The notes under the pieces are model-generated. The model did no database searches. It had not been told where the DNA came from and worked only from the letters and a program-made list of their open reading frames with translations. Positions 27,959 through 37,700 of a DNA stretch of 64,000 nt are shown in pieces (the stretch's first letter is position 1; every line of letters begins with the position of its first letter). The stretch lies in NCBI GenBank assembly GCA_022800625.1, contig JAAWQR010000002.1, positions 25,596 to 89,595 on the forward strand. Direction: 5' to 3'. The position numbers and the translations under genes are program-made. Source of the stretch: Clostridiales bacterium (GTDB lineage: Bacteria > Bacillota > Clostridia > Oscillospirales > CAG-272).

Positions 27959-29737
27959 TTAGTTTTCCACCTTTATATACTTATTTTTATTTTGATAACT
28001 TTCAATGTTAAGACGCCATTCTCCGGAGTCTTCGCTTTCGGATATTTTTTCAAATCCGAGAGAGGAGTAAAAATCTTTAACCATGGAGTTTTTCGCAGTC
28101 TTATAATAATACCCTTTAAGATATTTTATTCCCGCAGAGGCAGCTTCAGCTACCAAAGAATCAAGCATTGCAAGTTCCATGTCTCTCTTCAACACGCGGC
28201 AGCTCATGAGCCAAAGTCTTATGTGTAAAGAATCGCCGTCTTTTTCGCCGATTACGACCGTAACGACTCCGTTGTCGCCGTATTTGTCCGATAATTTTCC
28301 GTAAAGTCTTATGTATGATTCACTTTTCGCTATCTCTTCCATTTCACTTTCGGATATGCGCCATGTTGTGAGATTGAATTGATTGGATTTGTTTGTAAGC
28401 TGAGCTATTCTCGGAATATATACAGGTTCAAAATCACGAATAACGGCGTTCATCGACAAAGACGACAGATATTCTCCGTAATCTGCAAATGAGTTCTGCT
28501 CAGCAGCTCTTTTTACGTTTGAGCGGTACATGTCGTTTCTCTTCAGATCGTCGCCTGAAAGCTCGGTGACTTCAAAGAATCTCGAACGGTCTATTATCCC
28601 TATATAATTTTCCGGAGATAGCATATCGGGAGCATCAACTTCGGGAAGGCTTGCGTTTACCATAGCGCGTTCTGCCGGGTTGTCATCGACAAAAACAATA
28701 CTGTCCGAGCCTATATTCAGTTCAGATGCAATTTCCGCTATATTCCTGTCCTTTGAATTCCAATTTGCCTTTATAATAATAAAGTCGTCGGGTTTAAGCG
28801 TTCCTTCGGGATGATTCAGTCCCGCCAGTGCATTTTCATGATCGTTCTTTGAATTGACGTTTAATGTAATTCCAATCGAGGACAATTCCTTAATATATGC
28901 CTGAAATTCGCTGAATACCTGACCCATAGAGGTTTCATGGCCTATTTCAATGCCCTCAACTCCGTCATCGCCGACAACTCCGCCCCACAGGGTATTGTCA
29001 AGATCAAGTGCCAGAGCTTTTTTATTTTTACCATATATTGCCTTGATTATTGATGCGAGATTAAAAGCAAATTCGGGAATCGCGTCCATAGACATGCAGT
29101 ACTTGTACATGTGCCAAAAGAGAGGATCCGCCCATTTTCGGATTCCGTAATCAGCGGCGAGATAGTTGATATCGTTTATGAAAAATCCGCTTGTGTTTTC
29201 GGCATACTGTGCAAACCTCATGTTGAGCCTGTTAATGAAATTCGTGCGTCCTCTGTTGTCTGAAAAATCTAAATTTCCGAGTAAGCGGTAATACGGCGCC
29301 TCGAAATTATTTTGAATGATTACCGCGTTTGTATTTTTTCTGAGCGATTCCCATGCCGCTTCAAAACGGGAGTATTCCGAGTCAAGCAAAGCTTCTGTTT
29401 CGTCGGATGATGAAGACGGAGCGGGAAATAATGTTATGTTTCTGGAGGACGTATGTATAAATACAATATCGGGATCAAAAATTTTAAGCTCGTCGGGAAG
29501 AAACATTGCATCTTGCCACCACTGCCCGAATTCCGATTCATAAAATACCGCCTCTATGCCGTAGTTCAGCAAGAAAAGCTCTGTAATTTCTTTAATATCG
29601 TGGGTTGTAGATCCGCCGAGCATTGCAATTTTTTTCTTTAATCTCGGCTTACCGTCCGCTAGGAGTTCTTTTTTTATTGATCGTCTTTTTTTCAGCACAG
29701 TCTGTGCATCGAAGGGATATTTTAACAGCGGGTGCAT
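27959..29737 (-). CDS. FkbH-like HAD-IIIC phosphatase-fold protein with C-terminal GNAT-like domain
   Basis: ALDLDNTLWGGVVGDDG (the DxDxT HAD motif of the IIIC/FkbH subfamily). AGGAGG RBS before ATG 29737. The longer track ORF start is not supported. Confidence 0.75.
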   Translation of the reverse strand: MHPLLKYPFDAQTVLKKRRSIKKELLADGKPRLKKKIAMLGGSTTHDIKEITELFLLNYGIEAVFYESEFGQWWQDAMFLPDELKIFDPDIVFIHTSSRNITLFPAPSSSSDETEALLDSEYSRFEAAWESLRKNTNAVIIQNNFEAPYYRLLGNLDFSDNRGRTNFINRLNMRFAQYAENTSGFFINDINYLAADYGIRKWADPLFWHMYKYCMSMDAIPEFAFNLASIIKAIYGKNKKALALDLDNTLWGGVVGDDGVEGIEIGHETSMGQVFSEFQAYIKELSSIGITLNVNSKNDHENALAGLNHPEGTLKPDDFIIIKANWNSKDRNIAEIASELNIGSDSIVFVDDNPAERAMVNASLPEVDAPDMLSPENYIGIIDRSRFFEVTELSGDDLKRNDMYRSNVKRAAEQNSFADYGEYLSSLSMNAVIRDFEPVYIPRIAQLTNKSNQFNLTTWRISESEMEEIAKSESYIRLYGKLSDKYGDNGVVTVVIGEKDGDSLHIRLWLMSCRVLKRDMELAMLDSLVAEAASAGIKYLKGYYYKTAKNSMVKDFYSSLGFEKISESEDSGEWRLNIESYQNKNKYIKVEN

Positions 29738-29769
29738 GATTCCTCCTAAATACTTGAATTTTTTCTGTT

Positions 29770-29937
29770 TTCGCACGGCAGGGCCGTGTATTGACATTTA
29801 TATTTTTATTAACCCAGCATTTTTTCCTTAAATAGCTGCCATATGGCGGCAAAACAATGAAGAAATCAGCCGTCAATAAAAATATCCTTGAAAATTGTCG
29901 CACGGCAAAGCCGTGCAATGACATTCATATTTTTATT
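29770..29937. repeat. two 41-nt direct repeats (36/41 identical), each with a 6-bp hairpin
   Basis: tcgcacggcagggccgtgtattgacatttatatttttatta (29770-29810) and tcgcacggcaaagccgtgcaatgacattcatatttttatta (29897-29937). Confidence 0.8.
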
Positions 29938-30128
29938 ATAGCATTTCTGTAAAATAAAGTCAATGTAAATGGTTCAAAATTGCACATGTCGGCATGGGAC
30001 TTCTGAAAAATATTTGAAGCATGGAAAAAGGTATATACAAACTTTTTCCGACACATTTATGTATAGCGAAAGTATAGTACAATAGGATTCGGATATGCTA
30101 AATAAAATAAAATTCGGAGGAAATAAAA

Positions 30129-30980
30129 ATGACGCAGTTATATTACAGGGATCAAGTGAAAAAATTTGAGGAATATCTTATAAATGAGGAAAAAAGCAGC
30201 GCAACGATAGAAAAATATATGCGTGATGTGCGCGGTTTTTTGACATATATTTCAGGTTTGTCCGAAGAAACATCTATTTGCAAAGAACATACGGTGGAGT
30301 ATAAAAAAATGCTTTCGGATAACGGATATGCTCCTGTCAGTATAAACTCTATGCTGACAGCCGTGAACGGTTTTTTGAAATTTTGCGGCTTTCAGAATTT
30401 GTGCGTAAAGCTTTTAAAAATTCAAAGACAAATATTTTGCCGAGAAGAGAGGGAACTTGGCAAGGTCGAATACCGGCGTTTGATCGAGGCATCAAGAGGT
30501 ACGCGGCTGTTTTATATAATTCGCGCTATCGGCGAAACTGGTATACGAGTCAGTGAGCTTCAATATATAACTGTTGAGGCAGTGCGTTCCGGCCGTGCTC
30601 AGGTCAGAAACAAAAATAAAATCCGCGTGATTTTTATACCGAAAAATTTACAGGCGGTTTTGAAAAAATATATTGCAGAGACGAAAGTAAAAAGCGGAAG
30701 CATTTTTGTGACCAAGGGCGGCAAGCCGATAAATCGCAGTAACATTTGGAGGGATATGAAAAGCTTATGTAAACGTGCGGGTGTTTCCGCCGAAAAAGTT
30801 TTTCCTCATAATCTGAGGCATCTTTTTGCCCGTACTTTTTACAGCATAGATAAAGATATAGTCCGCCTTGCAGATATCCTCGGTCATTCAAGTATTGATA
30901 CTACAAGAATTTATACGGTTGAGTCGGGGGCAAAACATATTCTCGGACTTGAAAGGGTACAAAAAATGCTTACAACATAA
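30129..30980 (+). CDS. tyrosine recombinase (XerC/XerD / phage-integrase family)
   Basis: N-terminal SAM-like domain. Catalytic ETGIRVSEL (Arg), HNLRHLFA (HxxR) and LGHSSIDTTRIY (His, Tyr). Confidence 0.85.
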   Translation: MTQLYYRDQVKKFEEYLINEEKSSATIEKYMRDVRGFLTYISGLSEETSICKEHTVEYKKMLSDNGYAPVSINSMLTAVNGFLKFCGFQNLCVKLLKIQRQIFCREERELGKVEYRRLIEASRGTRLFYIIRAIGETGIRVSELQYITVEAVRSGRAQVRNKNKIRVIFIPKNLQAVLKKYIAETKVKSGSIFVTKGGKPINRSNIWRDMKSLCKRAGVSAEKVFPHNLRHLFARTFYSIDKDIVRLADILGHSSIDTTRIYTVESGAKHILGLERVQKMLTT

Positions 30981-30995
30981 TTTTGATTATGTTGT
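30975..30995. repeat. left inverted repeat of candidate inverton, within the 13-6-13 palindrome 30968-30999
   Basis: acataattttgattatgttgt. The surrounding gcttacaacataa-ttttga-ttatgttgtaagc is a perfect palindrome and overlaps the recombinase stop codon. Confidence 0.8.
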
Positions 30996-31030
30996 AAGCG
31001 GTGATAGATATTTAATTTCAACACGCAGTC

Positions 31031-31059
31031 ATTATATCATAAAAGGAATAAATCGTCAA
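31031..31059 (-). promoter_or_regulatory. near-consensus sigma-A promoter inside the invertible segment, currently pointing left
   Basis: Minus strand reads TTGACG (31059-31054), 17 nt, TATAAT (31036-31031), with a TGA extended -10. Confidence 0.6.
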
Positions 31060-31122
31060 TATAATTCGCCGATAATTTTTAAATACCGTCAAAATTATAC
31101 ATATTGCGATATGCAGATAAGA

Positions 31123-31156
31123 CCGGAAAATTTACTGATTTTTCCGGCTGCTTTTT
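31123..31156 (+). terminator. weak rho-independent terminator inside the invertible segment
   Basis: ccggaaaa-9 nt loop-ttttccgg followed by ctgcttttt. Confidence 0.45.
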
Positions 31157-31252
31157 GTGCGCCATATAGGCGGTTATTTAGTTGCGATATCAGCTGATAT
31201 TTATCAATTTACTCTTTTTTATCTTGGATTCTTCATGCAGAAAGGAATTAAA

Positions 31253-31273
31253 ACAACATAATCAAAATTATGT
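31253..31273. repeat. right inverted repeat of candidate inverton
   Basis: acaacataatcaaaattatgt is the exact reverse complement of 30975-30995. Confidence 0.8.
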
Positions 31274-31427
31274 AATGAAGGCTTACTTTAAACAAAAAAC
31301 ATTGCGCATAATACAGATATTTACCACGTAAAAGCGACAGAAATAATGATAAGTGATTATATAAAAAATCTATTTTACAGATCATGATATTGTGAAAAAA
31401 ATGGTACATAAAATTTTATATTTGCTA

Positions 31428-31456
31428 TTGCAGTAAATTACAATTTGTGATATAAT
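31428..31456 (+). promoter_or_regulatory. sigma-A-type promoter upstream of the giant surface protein gene
   Basis: TTGCAG (31428-31433), 17 nt, TATAAT (31451-31456), with TGA directly upstream. About 340 nt of leader before ATG 31799. Confidence 0.5.
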
Positions 31457-31798
31457 GTTTTTTGCAAAAAAATGCTGTTTTGTCTTAAATATGGCGAGAT
31501 TTATCGCTTTGCCGCCATTGGTTTGAAGTTATATTTAATTATAAGCATGGATCAGTCGACCTTGAGTTTATACTTATAGAAATGCCGCAATCCGAATACA
31601 TAATGTTGTTTTTTATTATAAAAATAGATAATTCCATTATTGTTACTCGTGTATGTACGGCTTTTTTGCGTGTATTTTAAATCGATGCGGACTGATTCTA
31701 CACAATGCTTTTAAATTATAATGCTTATTTTGTACAGTTTTAAATTGATTCTGATTCTTTTAAAGGATTTTGAATAAATTTGTAAAGGAGACATTATT

Positions 31799-34700
31799 AT
31801 GAACAGATTGAAATTTTCAATCAGACGGACAACTGCTGTATTTTTGGCTGTGCTGATGACTGTTTCCGCATTAAACGGAGCTTTCCTTGTAGGCGCGCTT
31901 CCTACAGCAAAAGAAGTCAAAACGGTAACATCAGCCGAATTGATTGCAAAAGAGTATGCCGGACAGCTGTCGGACGCTGAAATTCAGCTTCTTAAATCCG
32001 GAATGCTCTCGGATACTGTGTATACATATACAGTGCCCGGCGACGACGACGGTCTTGTGACTGTAGATGCTGAGAAAAAGCAGATAAGCGCTTCTTCCTA
32101 TACGGATTCCAACAATAATATATGGAAACCAGACGGTGCCTCTGTGGTTTATACGGAAGATGGTGCAGAGAGTACGGAAAGAGTCGAGTTGAATTCTGAC
32201 GGAGACGCATTTAACGGCACTTTTGCATATGCCGGAAACGCATATAGCGTTCAAGTTAAGTATGTGTTGAAGACTTCCGTATCTTCTGACGAGCAGAAGG
32301 CGCTTCTTGAAAGCGCAGCTGCTTTGAAAAACGGTGTTGATAATCTTGACGCTTTGAATTCTCCTGATATCACATCAACACTCGCAACGCTTGAAACTTA
32401 CCTTTATGAGCTGAAGCGTCTTGTTGACGGTGTAGATGTAACAATTCCGGGCAGCTCGGCAACTATAAATATGAAGATAGTTGACGAGGGTTTTGTAAAA
32501 GGAGTTACAAGTCTTGATAATCAAAAGGAAGCTAACGGCGGTCATTTTGATTTAACTGTTCTTTTAAATGATTACAGTAAGGCTCAGAGTAAGAATGAAT
32601 ACCTGGTAAATCATGCTTCAGAAGTTCGCGCTGCTGCCGAAAAGACATATGAAGATCTTATCGGCATATATACATATAAGCAGAGCATCGAGAATTACGA
32701 AAACTTGATGAATCAGCTCGGATTCGATAACCAGCTTGCTTCAATTGCTTTCAATAGTATAAAGATAACGACTGACGCAATTAAGCCGGTTATTGACGCA
32801 GATTGGTCTGTTACAGCCGGAACAGCTTTAAGAGATGATCTGAGCGCAGCTCAGTACAAAGTTCTTGATACTGTTATTGAAAAAATTGAAACTACCGTTG
32901 ATCTTGACGGTTTTGCATATGCTGATACATTTACTGCTGACGAAAACGTAATAACGGTAAATCAGAACAGACATGATGTTTCGGTAACTGTTTCGGCTGA
33001 AGTTGTAAGTCCTGTTCTTGCCGATACAAGCGATACGGTAAAACTTGCGCCTTACAGCGCGACAGTAACTGTTGCGGACGGAGCGAGCGCTGAAGACGTT
33101 CTTAAGGCTGTTACAGAATCGGGAATTGAGAATCAGGCGCTTGCAGGATGGAATTCCGAAAATGCGCTTTACTCCATTGATCCGGAGAATTACGTAAGAA
33201 GCTCATCGGAGCTTTCGGGTGTTCTGAGCGAGGATATCGATTATAATATTTCATATTCTCCCAAATCATTTGAGATCACCTGTGACGGAGAATACGGTAT
33301 TCCCGCAAGCGTTCCTTTCGGATATAATATCACGCTTCCTTCATATGAAGATGATACTCAGGTTTATGAGTATATTGTAAACGGAGCTGAGTACCTTCAG
33401 GGCGATATTTTCCGAGTGACGGGAAATACTGAAATCACACGCAAGCAGGATAAACCGAAAACCGAATATGAAGTAAACAAGATAGCAGCTTCGCTTATCG
33501 GAAACGATGAAGCGGCGGCTGTGCTGAACAGCTCCGCTTTGCTCGGAGAAAAGATCAGCCTTCGCACTCCCGACGGCGATTTGGTAAAGGTTGAATGGGC
33601 TGACGGAAATTATAAGGTGACGGCGGCAACTTATAATGCTGCTTTTAACGGACTTCTTTGGATACCGATAAACGGTATTGTTAAGACTGAAAACGGAAGC
33701 ATTGTCGAAACATTTGATATTACATCAAACGGCAGTGCTTATGTCGGAACATTTAATTCATCGGTCTTCGATCATGTTGAAGTAAATTACAGATTGGATC
33801 TGAACGGAATCATCGGCGGAGAAACTCTCCTGAAAACGATGAATCTTCCGTATGTTCTTACAACTGAAGCTTCACAGTTAAAGGATCAGCTTGCGATTCT
33901 GAATAATCAGTACAGCAATATGGCTCAGCTGAAGGATCAGGCAAGCACGATTCGCATGGCTATTCGCGGCGCCGAGGACGGCGCTCTTACTGACGCGATA
34001 AAGGAAGCAGGTCTTGATCTTGTTGACAGGTGCTTTAATCCCGATACGGGTAATTTGTACGCTTATGATTATATGACAGAGTACCGTGCAGGCGGACTCG
34101 GCTGGTACTACAAGCAGGATCAGAGCGGCGCATTTGTAAATTATGATAAAATGAATGCACAGCTTGCGGTTCTAAAGCGCGATCTTCCCGTTCTTTGCGA
34201 CGAAGACGGCGTGTTTAAAGCGTTCCTTGACGGAGTTAAAACTCCCGGAGGAAACAGCGCGGGTAAATATTATACTGTTCTTGAGGACATGGTTGAAGCC
34301 ATTTCCGCACTTGATCTTGTTAAACCCAACACATCGGTTAACGGTGCCGGCGAAGAACTTTCAGGACTTATCCGTGCGATTGAAAATGCGATCGGAAAAA
34401 CGCAGGAGATCACATCTGTTGAAGGATATGATGTTTTTCTCAATGCTGTAATGATCGGCTCTGCTCCCGGACGCGCCGTTGTAAAAATAACGGTTAAGGT
34501 TCAGAACGCACAGGGAACTGTAATTTCAGAAAATTCTCTTACAAGTCCGAGCATTCAGGTCGGTGAACTTACATCTGCTGACGCTGCTGTGCTGAATGAC
34601 CTCTTTGCTTCGCTTGAAGCTGGAGTTGACGGTCACTATGAACTGAGTGCAAGCTCCGATAAGATGCTTGAGGCAGGTTATGAGCTTCGCGGAAACGAAA

Positions 34701-37700
34701 ATCTTACATTTATATATGTACCTAAGACATACAACGTACATTTTATCTCTCCTGAGGGAACTGCTGTAGACGGTGTGTCGGATACAGTTATCAGCTACAG
34801 CGGCAATGTACAGCTGAATCTTACCGCATGCCGCGAAGCAGGTTATCGCTATGATTATATCATCGGCGGAGAACGGGTTCGCGTTATGTCGGATATGACA
34901 TACAGCGTGGGCGACAAGTTTGATTCTCTCTTTGAGAACGGCGAGACAACGATTGTTGTTGAAAAAGTTTATGTAGCTCGCGAAAACTTCCTTAACATGG
35001 TAGATAAGCTCAACCGCTCTGTTTCGGATATGACGTTTGCAAGCGGCGGACATAACTGCCTTACTGCTGCGTTTATTCCGGTTGAGGACAGCGATGGCAA
35101 TATGTCTGTTGTGCTTCGTGTTGCCCCGCAGAAAAGTATGGATCCGGCTGATCTTGCAAAAGGTATTATGCAGACCGTAATTTCCGCAGGATATAATAAT
35201 GTATCTGTCGGCGGCAGTACTCTGTACAGCGGAAGCGAAGATAAAATTTATCTTCAGGCCGTCGTAGATATGCTTCTCAACAGCGGTATGGGACTTAAAA
35301 CCATTGCCGAGGCTGTTGATGAGAACGGCAGAATCAACGAGATGTCCATCGACGGAGACGTTGCTTTTGATCTTGACAATATGGGGGGATTTGCTCCTAC
35401 AGGCAATTCGTATGTAAACAATGCTGAAACATACGGCGGAAAGCTGCTTGAATCTACTCTCGGACTTGACGGCGTAAATGTTGCGCTTTATGTAACTATT
35501 GAGGACTTTGGTCTTAGCACATCTACTCTTTCAAAGCTCAGAAGCTCTGTCGAAAATCTCCGCAGTTATGTTGACGTAACTTTTGAGAACGGAGAAGCGG
35601 TCGCTTCTGTAAGAATTCCCGATAAAGCTTATCAGGCTTATCTTGCGGCAATGCTTGTAACAGGTAACTCAGAGCTTGCCGAAGCATGCGAGCCGGATAT
35701 CGGAAAATCTGTAGAATATATATATAATCTGCTTCTTCCGATACTGACCGATACAGATGTTACGGTAGATACATATCAGAATACTCTCGCAATGCTCGGA
35801 GTACATAAAGATATAACATCGGCTGCACGCATTTATACTACTCTTCAGAAGATTCTGATTCATGTTATAGACAATGCAACAGTTAAGGGCGGTTCTGTCG
35901 GATCAACATATACAGCTGAATGCGCATACTCGCCTGCTGCTCTGATCGACAGCTTGGGAGTCGGCTCTCTCAAGGGAGCAATCGCAGAGGCTGCCGACGG
36001 CGCAGCTATCAAGGCAAATCTCAGAGCTACGCTTCAGAACAGAGACAGCTCGTATGAAGCAATTGTTATTGATCCTCACGCCGCAGGAATCAAGAACAAA
36101 GCAGGATTTACCGGCGACGTTAAGTCGGCGCTTGCAAAAGTCGGCGACAACTCGATCGTTATTCTGACATCAGACGTTACAGGTGATCTTACCTGTGACA
36201 AGACGGTATATATCGATCTTAACGGACATAATCTTGACGGAAATATTACAGGCGCAGGAATTACGCTTGTTGACAGCACGTTTGCAAATAACGGTCAGAT
36301 CAGCGGAAATGTTTTCGTAAAGAGAGACGCCCGTACAAACGATTACTACTTCCTTACTGTTGAAGGAAATGAAGTCAGAGTAAATATTAAAGCAGACATT
36401 TTGAACAGGGACGCCTTCGGCGGACTCAAAACTCTCGCTTTCGATCTGGCGTTTGATCTTGCGCTCAACTATTATACAAGCGCAGCTCTTTCCGTAGACG
36501 GAAACGAGATATACAACACCGATAAGGTTCAGGATCTTGTTGATCTTTATGTGAACGGCAGAAATGCCGCAACGGTTAACGAGCTTCTTGATGTTATCAA
36601 CTGTGAAGGTCTTACCGCTTTTGCAAACAGCATGATCGCAAAACTCACAGACTTCGGAACTATGGCTCAGAAGGCTGAAAGAGGAAATGCGCTATGTACG
36701 TTTGATGTTTCGACATCAGCATGGGATCTGAAGCTTTACCGAGCTGAGGGTAATTATGTTACAGCCGATATCGCACCCTCCGCAGAGAGAGGAAAGAATC
36801 AGACTATCGGTATTTATCTTGCAGGCGAAGAAAATGATGTAAAAGCGGCAACGAAGCTGCTTGCAGCTCTCGGAGACGTACTTGACATGTCGGCTGAGGT
36901 TGCGTTTGAAAGCATAGACTACGCTGACAAGAATATAAACATTAAGGCTGTCGGCAAAGCTGCTGCAAGATTTGATCTTACCGATCCCGATTATGCGGTT
37001 CTGTTTGCAGCAGTTGTAGCTTACGGCTCGGAAGACGCTGTACGCACGGCTCTTACAGACGGAATCAAGGCTTACTACAGTGAAAACAGCACAGATGTGC
37101 TTCATGAAGCCGTAAACGAGCTGACTACCGCTCAGGTTATCGGTGCGCTTCGTAAATTTAACTCGGGCAGCGATATTGCTCAGATGATGGCTGATCTCGG
37201 ACTTGGCGATATTGTCGGAGACAGCGCGATTGAAATGATGGGCACATACCGCAGCGTTATTAACGCTATGTGCTATCTTATCCGCCGTGCCGATGTTAAC
37301 GGAAATGATGCAAAGCTCGGCTCACGCGAATCCTCCGAGACATACGGACTCTATAACCTTATTGATAAGAGCGATATTAACCGCACAGGTTCAAAAAAGA
37401 TATACAACAGCTACGGCATAGGCTATGACCTAACTGTTGAATCTCTTCTCCTTGACGTTCGTCTCTTTACAGACGAAAAACCTGAAGAATTTGCAATTAC
37501 AGTTATTGATTCAGAGGGTGTAACTCATAATACGAACGATCCGTCCGAAGCGTTTGCCCTTGCCGCAAACGGCGGTATGATCATATTTAACAAGGATATT
37601 GTTCTGAGCGAGAATGTCACCATCAACAGCAGCATCGTTATGAACGGAGCATACAGACTTGCATTCACAAATGACGCTAAGCTTCTCATCTCAGAGAACG

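Noticed and set aside
27773-28228. 151-aa plus-strand ORF overlapping the ACP and FkbH-like genes
   Set aside because: Antisense to two genes with clear family motifs. S-rich low-complexity translation.
29649-29924. 91-aa minus-strand ORF and the extended start (29797) of the FkbH-like gene
   Set aside because: Both N-termini (MSLHGFAVR and MSIHGPAVR) are translations of the two 41-nt direct repeats. A strong RBS supports ATG 29737 instead.
29770-29937. Direct repeats considered as a mini CRISPR array
   Set aside because: There are only two imperfect copies with a 127-bp period and no cas genes. This does not fit CRISPR architecture. No CRISPR array was seen anywhere in the window.
31597-31611. 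Third copy of the inverton repeat (tacataa-tgttgtttt), which would bracket the second promoter
   Set aside because: It matches only the outer 7+9 nt of the right repeat and lacks the 9 central nt, including the spacer. This may be chance in AT-rich DNA or a dead relic. It is mentioned under the switch finding but not called as a site.
34526-35053. 175-aa minus-strand ORF inside the giant gene, and similar ones at 36716-37105 and 60106-60597
   Set aside because: They are embedded antisense in very long continuous plus-strand ORFs. No independent signals.
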